Below are positions 13,840-23,932 of a stretch of DNA of 55,397 nucleotides, in pieces (position 1 is the first letter of the stretch; every line of letters starts with the position of its first letter). Location: positions 1 through 55,397 of the forward strand of contig CAVWIG010000020.1 in assembly GCA_963754945.1 (NCBI GenBank). The letters run 5' to 3'. The notes beneath the pieces are model-generated. The model was not told the DNA's origin, ran no database searches, and saw only the letters and a list, made by a program, of their open reading frames with translations. The stretch comes from Methanotrichaceae archaeon (GTDB lineage: Archaea; Halobacteriota; Methanosarcinia; Methanotrichales; Methanotrichaceae). The position numbers were made by a program, and so were the translations under genes.

Positions 13840-14055
13840 ATGGGAGATGTCTACAAAATAATTGAGCTGGTTGGAACCTCTGCCACGAGCTGGGAGGAGG
13901 CAGTAAGAACTGTAGTTGACACTGCTTCGAAGACTCTTAAAGACCTAAGGATCGCAGAGGTAAAGGAACTGGATGTAAGGCTTGAGAACGGAAAGATAGC
14001 CGAGTATAGGGCGAAGGTCAGGCTATCGTTCAAGTACCAGCATGATAGCGACTAG
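13840..14055 (+). CDS. Dodecin family flavin-binding protein
   Basis: VYKIIELVGTS..SWEEA...YRAKVRLSF. Confidence 0.92.
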   Translation: MGDVYKIIELVGTSATSWEEAVRTVVDTASKTLKDLRIAEVKELDVRLENGKIAEYRAKVRLSFKYQHDSD

Positions 14056-14755
14056 GATTCTTTGGTAAACGAACCGCTATCCCAGAACAAGTCCTGAAAT
14101 CTCTTCCTGGATTGGTGTCGGCTCGAATTAGATGCTGTGTGCAGGGTTGAAGCTTCCTTTCAGAAAGCCTGACAAGGAAGGATTCTTTTTTCAATCCCTT
14201 CACCCTTCAAGAGATCCGAGAATTCAAAAAATAATGTTCTAGATCTCAATTTCTGCTGCCTCTTGGGATTCCTTTGCATGAATCTCGACACAAAATGGCT
14301 ACCGCCAGCTTCCTATTGCGGCAACCTTGCCCCCCCCCCGTTACGCTTTTGGCTGTATCTCGATCTCGAACAGCTCCGGCCAGAACTTTCCGGTTACTAT
14401 TAGCAGATCCTTGTCTGCATTATAGGCTATGCCGTTTAGGACATCAACATCGCCCAATTGATCCTCCCGATCCACGAGCCCCTGGAGATCGATCCAGCCG
14501 GTGACCTCCCCTGTCTGTGGCGATATGATGGCGATCCTGCTGGTTAAATAAATATTAGCGTAAACTTTGCCCTTGATGAACTCGAGCTCGTTGAGCTGAT
14601 TGACCGGGTTGCCGTTATCTTTCACTCTTACCGATCCTGTGTCATCGAAGGTATCCGGATTCAGAAAGTAAAGTGTGTCTGAGCCATCGCTCATTATCAG
14701 CCGCTGGCCATCGCTGGTGAATCCCCAGCCTTCCCTGGAATAACTAAAAGATCTA

Positions 14756-15936
14756 GTGCACCATAACGCAAGTTTTAAATCTTATAAAAGGTCTAGAATA
14801 TAGATCGTGGCAAGAAAAACAAAATTCTGTGTGAAACTGGAAGAGAAAGAACGAGAAGAGTTGAACCAGTACATCCGTCGTGGGAAGTCGTCTGCAAGGA
14901 GTTTAACTCGCGCAAGAATACTGCTCCTGGCCGATGGAGGGCAATCCGATGCGGAGATCATTGATGCATTGAAGGCGAGCAGAACGACAATAGTGAGGAT
15001 AAGAAAGAGATATTTCGAGGGTGGCCTGGAATCTGCATTGAATGAAAGATCTCGCAGTGGAGCGCCTCCGAAGATAGATGCACGAGTTGAGGCTAAACTG
15101 ACCGGCATTGCTTGCTCAGATCCGCCTGAAGGCAGATCGAGATGGACGCTGAATCTATTGGCCGACAAGCTTGTTGAGCTGGGGGAAGTGGACTCGATCT
15201 CAGGAATGAGCGTTTGCAGAGCGTTAAAAAAAATGAAATAAAGCCATGGCTCAAACAGCGATGGTGCATAGGGAGCATGACGAGCGAATATATCTGGAAC
15301 ATGGAAAATGTATTAACTCTGTACGAGCAACCATATGATCCGAGGCATCCTGTGGTTTGTTTCGACGAGAGGCCATGCCAACTGATAGGCGATGTCTTAG
15401 TGCCTATACCCATGAAACCAGGCAGTCCGAAGAAGGTGCATTATGAATACGTCCGTAACGGGACATGTTGCATCCTTATTGCCTTTGACCTTCATGCAGG
15501 AAAAAGAATGATTCGTGTCATGGAGCACAGAACAAGGGTGGACTATGCCCATTTCATGAAAGAACTTACCCAGCAATATCCGAATGTAGAATCCATTCGA
15601 CTGGTCCAGGATAATCTCAATACGCATACTTCAGGCTCATTTTATAATGCTTTTGCGCCTGAAGAGGCGTTTGAGCTGGCTAAGGAGTTCGAATATTATT
15701 ATACGCCAAAGAAAGGTAGCTGGCTCAACATGGCTGAGATAGAACTCTCAGCCCTATCGAAGCAATGCCTCGATCGTCGGATTGGAGACATCGATACTTT
15801 AACCAAAGAGGCTTCGGTGTGGCACAAGAACGTAACGCAAAAAAAACTACTGTAAGATGGAAATTCACGAAGAATGATGCAAGATTAAAGCTAAACAGGC
15901 ATTATATTAATTTGCAAAATTAATGTTATGATGCAC
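14756..15936 (+). mobile_element. IS630-family element, copy 1
   Basis: TIR GTGCACCATAAC/GTTATGATGCAC; TA duplicated at 14754-14755 and 15937-15938 within a CTAG site. Confidence 0.95.
14807..15923 (+). pseudogene. IS630 transposase orfA/orfB with an extra 1-bp deletion near the 3' end
   Basis: HTH orfA plus DDE orfB (CFDE, QDN, WLNMAE) joined at an A8 run (15226-15233). GG instead of the GGG in copy 2 at about 15821 shifts the C-terminus. Confidence 0.85.
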
Positions 15937-16528
15937 TAGTCTGGTTGAAGCTTTTATTATTGTAGACGAATCCTATTCCCGATTGCCATGTGAGCTGGAT
16001 CAGTTGATCTTTCCAGAGGGTTAATCCTTCACCAAAAAACTCATCGGGCAATCTGTACAGTTTCAGAATTCTTCCTGTGGTAAGATCAACCTGACGGAGG
16101 GTTGAGTTGTCGTAAAGTCCTGTACTTTCGTACAGTGTTTTGCCGTCATAGACCAACCCCTCTGTGAAAGCGGTCTTGTCGTGGGGATAAACGTTGATTA
16201 TTCTATAGCCGTAAACGGGAACGGGACTTGACTGGGTATGGTTGACCGCTTTATCTGCGGCCAATGAGGGCACTAAGCCAAACGATGCAAGAGCTAAAAA
16301 GATAGCGACAGAAAGGATAACAGATTTTCTCATTTTCATTCTTATTATCGTCCTCTTAATTTAACTCTATATGACAGCAAGCGCAAGCATCATTTAACGC
16401 CATATTTTAACTCACCAGGTCAACATTCATTAATATTTCGATCGGTCTACTGGTTGGTTCTGAAGTTTACGCTCAATCTTCATGGGGCAAATGGGCACTC
16501 GGGCTCAAAATTACAGCCAGGAAGAAAG

Positions 16529-17446
16529 TCATGGTTCGATCCAGGTTCCGGCCTTACCTCTGAGGGCATCGGAAAGACTTTCAACATTCGTTATCAGTGC
16601 ATGACAACCCGTATACTTGGCATACTTAGCTGCCGCCTCTACCTTTGGCCCCATTGAGCCTGATGGAAACTCTCCAGACGCCAGCAGTTCCTGGGAGGTA
16701 GCAACATCCATGCAGTTTATTGGCTTCTCAGATTCGGTGCCAAAGCTGGTCGAAACGTTGGGCACATCGGTTAGGATTATAAACCTTTTAGCCCCGAGGG
16801 TGATCGCCAGAAGGCAGGCAGTAAGATCCTTATCGACCACTGCCTCTACGCCTTGGAGCACCTCATTTCTTACAACCGGTATTCCGCCGCCACCGCCTGC
16901 AATTATAAGGTGGCCGTGGCTGACGGCATCTTCGATTGTGTGGATCTCGACTATCTCCACGGGTTTAGGCGATGGTACAACCCTTCGCCATCCAAGGCTA
17001 CGAGTCTCTACCATCTTCCACCCATGAACAAGTTTCAGCGATTCAGCGGTCTCGTGTGAATAGAACGGTCCTACAGGCTTGGAAGGATTCGAAAAGTCTG
17101 GATCCTCCGGGTCCACTGTCACCTGGGTCAGGACTGCAGCTATCTCCTTTTTTGGAATTCTATTCCGCAGAGTCCTTGTCAGCAGGTAGCCGATGCTCCC
17201 TTGAGTCTCTGCGACCATAACGTCCAGAGTCTCTGGCGGGATTCTGTCTTTGGTGGCCTCAATCCTTAGCAGTATCATTCCCACCTGTGGGCCGTTGCCA
17301 TGCACAAGAACCATTCCGGCATCATCGGTCATGAGCAGTCTGACCGCACTGGCAAAAGCGTCAGCGGTTTCTCCCTGGCTGCCAGGATTCTTGGGGTCGG
17401 GCAGAAGGGCATTGCCTCCAAAGGCCAGGACTGTTGGGCTAACCAG
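16529..17446 (-). CDS. arcC: Carbamate kinase, probable CTG start
   Basis: VLAFGGNAL, HGNGPQVG, PSKPVGPFY, WRRVVPSP, GGGGIPV, DKD, GSMGPKVEAA. The frame extends upstream of the listed ATG to a CTG 7 nt after GGAGG. Confidence 0.92.
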   Translation of the reverse strand: MVSPTVLAFGGNALLPDPKNPGSQGETADAFASAVRLLMTDDAGMVLVHGNGPQVGMILLRIEATKDRIPPETLDVMVAETQGSIGYLLTRTLRNRIPKKEIAAVLTQVTVDPEDPDFSNPSKPVGPFYSHETAESLKLVHGWKMVETRSLGWRRVVPSPKPVEIVEIHTIEDAVSHGHLIIAGGGGGIPVVRNEVLQGVEAVVDKDLTACLLAITLGAKRFIILTDVPNVSTSFGTESEKPINCMDVATSQELLASGEFPSGSMGPKVEAAAKYAKYTGCHALITNVESLSDALRGKAGTWIEP

Positions 17447-17550
17447 GATCAGGCCTCCTCTGGTATAATACGCGCTGGCTCAATTCCCCTTTGCATTGTG
17501 CGTTCTAACATGAAAATCGAAGTCCTCATCTCCATCGGGATGCTACGGTC

Positions 17551-18975
17551 TCATCCACCTCTCACTTCCGTCTTCGTCGGATGCTCATCTTGATTCAAGC
17601 CGGAGATGAACTCATCGATCAGATCATACAAAAATGGCCTCTCCATATCCACCAGCTCGTAAAAAACAGACGTAGAAGGCTTATTGATCTTCATGAGGCG
17701 GTGCAGGTCAACAGGCGTGGCGATCACCACAGCATCCGATTCGGCTTTGTCTATGGTCTCTTCAAGCTCCTTGACCTGCTCAGGGTAGTATCCCATGGCA
17801 GGCAGGACTTTGCCGATGTGTCCGAACTTCGAGAACACCTCTTTGATTGATCCAACAGCAAAAGGTCTCGGGTCTACGATCTCCGAAGCACCGTATTTCT
17901 TGGCAGCTACAAGGCCCGCACCGTAGGCCATTCCTCCGTGAGTTATGGTGGGCCCATCCTCGATGACCAGCACCTTTTTGGATCTGATAATTCCCGGGTC
18001 CTCGGCCACGACTTCTGAGGCGGCGGTCACCACTGATGCATTCGGGTTCAGGTTGGCCGCATTGGCTTTGATCGACCTCACGTCCTTCTCTGGTGCTGAG
18101 TTGGCTTTGTTGATCACGATGATGTTCGCAGCCCTGAAGTTCGTCTCCCCGGGATAGTAGGAGATCTCGTGACCTGGCCTCAGGGCATCTGCAACCGTAA
18201 TCCATAGGTCCGGCTTGAAGAAAGGAGTGTCGTTGTTGCCCCCATCCCAGATTATCACATCGGTCTCCTTTTCGGCTGTTCTAAGAATGGCCTCATAATC
18301 GACACCGGCATACACCACCGATCCCCTTTTGATGTGTGCCTCGTACTCTTCTCTCTCCTCGATGGTGACTTCTGAGTCGTCCAGTTCTTTCAGTGAAGAA
18401 AACCTCTGGACAGCCTCTTCTGCCAGGTCTCCGTAGGGCATGGGGTGCCTTACTACAACTGCCTTTATTCCAGCCGACCTGATTCGGTCTGTAACGTATC
18501 TGACTGTCTGGCTTTTGCCTGCACCGGTCCTTACTGCGCAAACAGCCACAACCGGCTTCTTCGACTTAAGCATCGTGCGCCGACTGCCGAGAAATCCGAA
18601 GTCTGCTCCTATTGCTAGAACCCTGGATGCCAGGTCCATGACGGCCTGGTGACTTAAGTCGCTGTAGGCCAGGATACATCTGTCTACAGTGTAAGATTTG
18701 ATTATCTCCTCCAGTGTGTACTCAGGCCAAATGGGCAGGCCTTCAGGATATAGCTCGCCGCTCAACTCATGAGGGTAGAGACGACAAGCTATCTCGGGAA
18801 TCTGGGCAGCGGTGAATCCAACAACCTCGTACTGGGGCTTGTTGCGGAAGAAAACGTTGAAATCATGAAAATCTCTTCCGGCAGCTCCTAGGATTAGAAT
18901 CCTTTCTCGGTCCGCTTCACCATCTTTCTTGCTCGTGGTGGAGCTCTTAATCGCAGATGGACATCCAAAGTTCAT
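17551..18975 (-). CDS. arcE: Arginine synthetase (ArcE)-like / cDPGS-related COG2403 protein
   Basis: ILGAAGRDFHDFN, TAAQIP, AVRTGAGKSQ, RHPMPYG, EEREEYE, WDGGNND, EDGPT, PAMGY; directly upstream of arcC. Confidence 0.8.
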   Translation of the reverse strand: MNFGCPSAIKSSTTSKKDGEADRERILILGAAGRDFHDFNVFFRNKPQYEVVGFTAAQIPEIACRLYPHELSGELYPEGLPIWPEYTLEEIIKSYTVDRCILAYSDLSHQAVMDLASRVLAIGADFGFLGSRRTMLKSKKPVVAVCAVRTGAGKSQTVRYVTDRIRSAGIKAVVVRHPMPYGDLAEEAVQRFSSLKELDDSEVTIEEREEYEAHIKRGSVVYAGVDYEAILRTAEKETDVIIWDGGNNDTPFFKPDLWITVADALRPGHEISYYPGETNFRAANIIVINKANSAPEKDVRSIKANAANLNPNASVVTAASEVVAEDPGIIRSKKVLVIEDGPTITHGGMAYGAGLVAAKKYGASEIVDPRPFAVGSIKEVFSKFGHIGKVLPAMGYYPEQVKELEETIDKAESDAVVIATPVDLHRLMKINKPSTSVFYELVDMERPFLYDLIDEFISGLNQDEHPTKTEVRGG

Positions 18976-19187
18976 TTTAGTCGAACTATGGATACTGCGA
19001 TCTCAGCACAAAAATCTTTCATCGATAAAAGTGGCATCGAACTCTCGGCGAGCTCTTTAACAAATAGATATCTGGCGGTCTGGGTTAGTAGCTTTAGTCC
19101 CATTATCGGCGAAAAAATTAACATGAGGGTCCACTTCAAAGATTCAGCTCAGCGTTCGGTTGAAGAAAGTCACCATCCGCCAGAAGT

Positions 19188-19382
19188 TCAGCCGCCATGG
19201 ATGATTCGAATGATCTTTATCTGATCTTCAGATCCAACTTCATCGAACTCCGATGTTATCTTGCCGTTTTTAGAGACTATAACTTCAACCGGGTTTATCT
19301 TGAGGTCGTTCAAGATATCTTCGATCAGGGCTTTGTCAACATCGACCTCTTTTATGATCCCATCATCAAGAACTATTTTCAT
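19188..19382 (-). CDS. ThiS/MoaD/SAMP ubiquitin-like sulfur carrier
   Basis: 64 aa, beta-grasp pattern, NG motif, C-terminal IIHGG. Confidence 0.88.
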   Translation of the reverse strand: MKIVLDDGIIKEVDVDKALIEDILNDLKINPVEVIVSKNGKITSEFDEVGSEDQIKIIRIIHGG

Positions 19383-19416
19383 TCAATCTCCATAGGATAC
19401 TTCGAATACCCTGGAA

Positions 19417-20406
19417 TCAGACGTCTCGTTGGGGTGTTATATCGCACCCAGTGCAAGCAAGACACATAGTCTCTGCCTTATCTGCTCGCAGGCCATGCTC
19501 TTCCAGCGCCTTCCGTGTGTATCTTGCCAGCTTGAGTAGTCTCTCAAAAGAGGGCCTTTTCACCCCAACCTCCACAGCGCGAAGCGGGTGTGGCGATATG
19601 GGCCTCAGGTTCGGTATGACCCCCATCTCCGCAAGCTGGTCTACGCCGGACATTACGCAATCGTCGCTCTCGCCTAGGCCCAGGATGAAGTTGGACGTGA
19701 CACGGTTCTTGCCGAAGATTTTTACCGCCTTTTCCAGGGATTTCAGAATATAATCAAGCGATAATCCTGGGCAGAACCTGGCGAAGATCTCGGGGTCCAT
19801 GGTCTCCACATTGTACTTGATCTCCGTTGCTCCGGCGGCGTAAAGCTCCTCGGACGATGCCTCAGTCGGATATACCGAGACGCCAATGGGCAAGTTGTAT
19901 TTTGCCTTCAAGGCCTTGACTACCTCTACAGCCTTTTTGACTTCATCTTCAGCCGACTTGGCCACGCCGCTGGTGATGGAAATGGCTCGGAGGTTCCCTT
20001 TTTGGTTTGCTTCTTCCACTAGTTCCTGGATGGTATCAAGGCTTTTGACCTCCCCGTTGAGAAGCGGCACAGGGCAGAACTTACAATCATTGATGCAGCG
20101 GCCGCTTATAGTTATGTAAGCCTGCTCGGGGCAGTGACTGAGCGCGGGTTCGAGCTGCCCTGTCATGATTTCTATTTCATCCTTTATCACTGCCACCCCA
20201 GAGCTGCATCTTACTACCTTCAAAGTGGAGCTCTTGTTTATGGACAGCCTGATTCTGTGACCACCTGATTTTATAAAGAAGGATTCTAAGCCTGCTCCTG
20301 GACCCGCGCTGGGAACAGTCCCGGCGACCTCCCTTAGAAGCCCCTCGTCGATGTTTGCGCTGCCGATGCTAACCAGCAACGCCTTGATCTCGGCGTTCAT
20401 CTCCAT
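19417..20406 (-). CDS. Radical SAM protein (biotin-synthase-related, COG2516-like)
   Basis: HCPEQ, CINDCKFC (CxxxCxxC), YNVET, GLGESD, C-terminal CLACTGC. Confidence 0.85.
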   Translation of the reverse strand: MEMNAEIKALLVSIGSANIDEGLLREVAGTVPSAGPGAGLESFFIKSGGHRIRLSINKSSTLKVVRCSSGVAVIKDEIEIMTGQLEPALSHCPEQAYITISGRCINDCKFCPVPLLNGEVKSLDTIQELVEEANQKGNLRAISITSGVAKSAEDEVKKAVEVVKALKAKYNLPIGVSVYPTEASSEELYAAGATEIKYNVETMDPEIFARFCPGLSLDYILKSLEKAVKIFGKNRVTSNFILGLGESDDCVMSGVDQLAEMGVIPNLRPISPHPLRAVEVGVKRPSFERLLKLARYTRKALEEHGLRADKAETMCLACTGCDITPQRDV

Positions 20407-20492
20407 GTCTGAGCCTCAAAACAGCCTTATTTGCAGACCAAGATTCCGTAGGCAGTATGCCAATCGGATAACCAATGTTAGAACTTCACCAA

Positions 20493-20564
20493 AGCCAAGG
20501 TCCGGAGTCGAACCGGATTGGTATTGCTCTGCAGGCAATTGCGTGGCCGTTCCGCCACCTTGGC
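20493..20564 (-). tRNA. tRNA-Cys (GCA)
   Basis: Minus strand GCCAAGG...ATTGC-CTGCAGA-GCAAT...CCGG-TTCGACT-CCGG-ACCTTGGC-T; 72 nt, U discriminator. Confidence 0.96.
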
Positions 20565-20598
20565 GCTCACAATTGGCAACATGCCTGTTGGTGATTTC

Positions 20599-20607
20599 TT
20601 ATATAAA
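20599..20607 (-). promoter_or_regulatory. TATA box for tRNA-Cys
   Basis: TTTATATAA on the minus strand about 35 nt upstream of the tRNA. Confidence 0.55.
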
Positions 20608-20835
20608 TCTTGGCAAAGAGGCAAGGTTTGGGGTGTAGAATTACTTAGATACCCGGCAGTCCTGCAGTGATCGATAAGTATTCTAAGAAAGTTTAATATA
20701 TCGGACAGCTTGATAGTGGATCATGATCAGTTACATTGTTGCCAGAAGATATGGGAGATATAGATAGGAGAACTCGAACCTTTGTGGAGATTGGAATTAT
20801 GACCCATCTTACATAAAATTATAAGGTGCTTGTTT

Positions 20836-21723
20836 ATGAAATTGACTAGACCGCAGTTTTGGCTGATAGGCACATTTGCTGCTGTATTAGTGCTGACTAT
20901 TTTGTCGTACGATGTACTTGTCCAGAATGGGAATGTTTCCGCTGAAAACATTGAAAAGAACAAGATCGCTCCTGAAAGAAGTCCTGCATTTTTGATGATG
21001 CTAACGCCCATCTCTATGGTCTCCAGCTCGGATGTATTACTCGACATAAGCGAGAACTCCACAAAGCACATAAAAGGCTCAGTAGTCATTCCTTATACGA
21101 GCTTTATTCGCGGGGCAGGACTCCTGAAGTCCGTGCCCGAGATATCCAAGATCTTGGGAGATGCAGGGATATCCTTTAACGACAAAATAGTTGTCTACGG
21201 TGAATGCATGCCCTGCGGTGGGGGTCCAGCACCTGCAACATACATCTATTGGATGATGAAGTTCCTGGGACACGAGAACGTCAAAGTCCTTGACGGAAAC
21301 GTAGAGGATTGGGCTGCTGCTGGGCTTTCAACTACTAACAAGTCCGCGGTAAGGCCAATCACAAATTATACCTGGAAGTTCACGCCTGAGATTATCGGTT
21401 CTTATGAATATGTAAAGAGCGGAAAGGCTCAGATTGTGGATGCCAGACCATTTCAGGAGTTTAATGCAAGCTCCATACCCGGAGCCATTAACATCCCGTA
21501 TGATAACGTGCTTGACAATCACTCAATCAGAAGCGAGGCGGCTCTGAAAGATGTCTTTGCGGGCCTGAACAGAAACAGGCCAGTTGTGGTATTCACGGAC
21601 ACCGGCATCAAAGCCTCAGTGGTATGGTTTGCCCTGGAACTCATGGGATATAAATCCAAGATTTATTCCTGGCAAGATTGGCTAAATAATCAAAACCCTC
21701 CGAGCAATGCCAGTGCCTCGTGA
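20836..21723 (+). CDS. Exported tandem-domain rhodanese/sulfurtransferase-like protein
   Basis: N-terminal TM/signal, HIKGSV, VVYG, VLDG...W, IVDAR, SIPGAINIPY. Confidence 0.85.
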   Translation: MKLTRPQFWLIGTFAAVLVLTILSYDVLVQNGNVSAENIEKNKIAPERSPAFLMMLTPISMVSSSDVLLDISENSTKHIKGSVVIPYTSFIRGAGLLKSVPEISKILGDAGISFNDKIVVYGECMPCGGGPAPATYIYWMMKFLGHENVKVLDGNVEDWAAAGLSTTNKSAVRPITNYTWKFTPEIIGSYEYVKSGKAQIVDARPFQEFNASSIPGAINIPYDNVLDNHSIRSEAALKDVFAGLNRNRPVVVFTDTGIKASVVWFALELMGYKSKIYSWQDWLNNQNPPSNASAS

Positions 21724-21928
21724 ACTTTTGCCCAAGGGTTTGGATATTTAGCTAAATCCCAACTTTAAGGAGTACTACGTGAGGTAACCCGTTCCTCATT
21801 TTAGCATGGACTAGAACCGCCAACGAATTTACGAGTATTAAACTCTCTCGGGCGCTAAAGCCTCTAGGGTAAGCCTAGGCAATCATTTCACAAAAGAAAC
21901 CAACATATTGTAATCAATATTATTACTA

Positions 21929-22876
21929 TCATTCATTAAATATCCCATCTTTGGCCTGTTGATAGCACCTGTTTGCGATCTCCGTATTTCCCTGAAGAAC
22001 GACGATCTCCAGGCCGTATGAACTTGCGAATTCGCCAATTTTTGACTCGACCTCAAAATCACTGATATAATGCAGGCCAGTATCCAACTTGGCGACCCGC
22101 TTGTAGCCCAAACTATTCAGCATGCTTCCCAAGCTTTGAGACTTCGAGGATTTGCCTACCTCTTTATCGATATCTCTCCAATTAAACGCCCACATTGGAG
22201 TGAAGAAAACCCCTACACCTGGAAATCTACTCAAAGTCTCCTCGTATTGTTTGTTGCCTCCTAATGCCACAGCTATGCAATCATCTACCCGTTTATCGTC
22301 TTTGTCGGTCAGGAAGTATATGGGGCAACTCAGATCCATCAGGTCATTTCCAATGTTCCCTAAATAATTTCCACACAATCCATAGAAAAGCAGGATTCCG
22401 CTGGAGAAACGGGACATATCACGGATGTTTTTGTATACCTCATCCTTGAGCAGCTTGCCATCGGAATGTAGTGCCATTTTAAGAACGTTGACAACCACGA
22501 TACGCTCTTGTTCGCTTGAATCTTCTGGTACTCGCCCGTGAGTGAAGTGGAGTCTATTCAGCAAAGACCTTATGATTTTGCCAAAATTACCCTTTTGAAT
22601 ATCCTTTAACCGATCGGGGATTTCTTCCCTGGCTACAAGTAGATGAGCACGGTTTTGGGCACGCAGTTTCCTGGAAAGCCCAATCCCATCAGGGTTGTCT
22701 ACCAGGAAAAGATGCCGTAGTGTGTGGTCCAGTGAGAGTACGCGGGTGAGTTCATCCTCAAGTATCCTGCAAGCGATTATGCTCAATACGGGCACTTTCT
22801 CACACCTTGAGAAAACTTCGGCCGGCTTTTCAAAAGAAGCTATGCTGCAGGTCCTAAAAGGCATATACCTTCTCAC
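21929..22876 (-). CDS. DUF1638 domain protein
   Basis: IIACRILEDEL, ALH, FYGLCGN, DDCI, FFTPMW. Confidence 0.8.
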   Translation of the reverse strand: MRRYMPFRTCSIASFEKPAEVFSRCEKVPVLSIIACRILEDELTRVLSLDHTLRHLFLVDNPDGIGLSRKLRAQNRAHLLVAREEIPDRLKDIQKGNFGKIIRSLLNRLHFTHGRVPEDSSEQERIVVVNVLKMALHSDGKLLKDEVYKNIRDMSRFSSGILLFYGLCGNYLGNIGNDLMDLSCPIYFLTDKDDKRVDDCIAVALGGNKQYEETLSRFPGVGVFFTPMWAFNWRDIDKEVGKSSKSQSLGSMLNSLGYKRVAKLDTGLHYISDFEVESKIGEFASSYGLEIVVLQGNTEIANRCYQQAKDGIFNE

Positions 22877-23147
22877 TCCGTACCATCATATCCTCTACTA
22901 GCTGCTCATAGAAATCAACAAGAGATATTGCAGTATTTTCTTGCTGCACGCCTCTTGCATCCATGTCCTCCTTGCAGGCGTAGATGTGAGCAGGTGGCAG
23001 GGCCTCGACGGAAGGGTCCAGCAAATTAAAGACTCCATCTCCTGCAAGGTACAGAACGGCGTTTTTCGAACGCCCTACGAGCTGAATGCATAACTTAGCA
23101 CGCTCGCTATGGGGCGGCTTGGTCAAGAGGTAGACCGTGTTCTTCAA
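22854..23147 (-). CDS. dsrH: DsrH/TusB family sulfur relay protein
   Basis: LLTKPP, LYLAGDGV, EDMDARG; third gene of a DsrE/F/H trio; TTG start inferred. Confidence 0.8.
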   Translation of the reverse strand: MKNTVYLLTKPPHSERAKLCIQLVGRSKNAVLYLAGDGVFNLLDPSVEALPPAHIYACKEDMDARGVQQENTAISLVDFYEQLVEDMMVRSEKVYAF

Positions 23148-23216
23148 ATCATCTCTACTACGATTAACGCTACTGCTCAAAAGACCCACCACTACATTTT
23201 ATCGTTTCAATATCGT

Positions 23217-23558
23217 TCATAATATGATCATACAATCAGATGCTTCGATCTGCTCTAAGAATACATCTTCATCCACAAGCTCTACCAGCTCGATGAGACC
23301 TTGATTCAAAAGATTTCGCTCGGCAATTGATGGCTCGTGGGCAATGACCCTTATCTCTGGGTACGAATAGAGTAGATCGGATAGGTTGGGGACACCGAGT
23401 CTCCTGCTATCCTGGCCGGACAGGGCAAGATAGACCCCGTCGGCGTAGAGGCCTATGGTCACATCCATTTTGATGCTCACTGCTGCGGCATTGAGCAGGC
23501 CGTAGGCCTTTTCGCTGCCGTATGGAGCTACGTCGAGCAAGTAAAATACGGATCTCAT
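23217..23558 (-). CDS. dsrF: DsrF/TusC family protein
   Basis: APYGSEKA, ADGVY, SIAERNL; start overlaps the dsrE stop. Confidence 0.8.
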   Translation of the reverse strand: MRSVFYLLDVAPYGSEKAYGLLNAAAVSIKMDVTIGLYADGVYLALSGQDSRRLGVPNLSDLLYSYPEIRVIAHEPSIAERNLLNQGLIELVELVDEDVFLEQIEASDCMIIL

Positions 23559-23929
23559 CGTGAGAGGGTGATTACCTTATCGCTTTTGCAGAGCATCTCT
23601 GCCAGGTCGTAGATGCTGGTGATCTTTATTCCATTATGATAATCTGGGCAGACACCATCGTTTTCGGGTAGGTAGCCTCTGGCCGCAGCACATCTGGAAC
23701 ATGCCCTGACTACAGCGCCTCTTTCTGCAAGCTCCTGAAACAGCTTGCCGGCATTTGCAAAGAGGGAGGGATTCTGCCCGAGCTTCGGAATGTGCACGGC
23801 ATCCAGGTAAAGGAATATGAACACTCGGTGCTCTTTCAAGGCCGCTTGTGCAATTTTGTATGCCATCTCTGCATACTCGGAGATGTAAGGCCCATCCGTT
23901 AGAACAATTGTGAGAGTCTTCATTCCCAT
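23555..23929 (-). CDS. dsrE: DsrE/TusD family sulfurtransferase
   Basis: LTDGPY, FLYLDAV, ACSRCAAARG with the conserved Cys. Confidence 0.85.
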   Translation of the reverse strand: MGMKTLTIVLTDGPYISEYAEMAYKIAQAALKEHRVFIFLYLDAVHIPKLGQNPSLFANAGKLFQELAERGAVVRACSRCAAARGYLPENDGVCPDYHNGIKITSIYDLAEMLCKSDKVITLSR

Positions 23930-23932
23930 CCA

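Larger units (their letters stand above)
14341..16339 (-). pseudogene. Glutaminyl-peptide cyclotransferase (glutamine cyclotransferase) split by IS630
   Basis: N-half YPHD..AFTEGL, FFGEGLT, QLTWQ; C-half MSDGS, LNELE, VLNGIAY, VTGKFWP. Removing the IS restores in-frame FNQTRSFSYSREGWGFTSDG. Confidence 0.93.

Noticed and set aside
17551-18975. Cyclic 2,3-diphosphoglycerate synthetase call
   Set aside because: The GAAGRDFH N-terminus and linkage to carbamate kinase rather than 2-phosphoglycerate kinase favour the ArcE-like branch.
20493-20564. tRNA-Cys as an integration site with an att duplication
   Set aside because: No duplicate of its 3' end and no integrase in the window; only a 13-bp T-arm match in the rRNA spacer.
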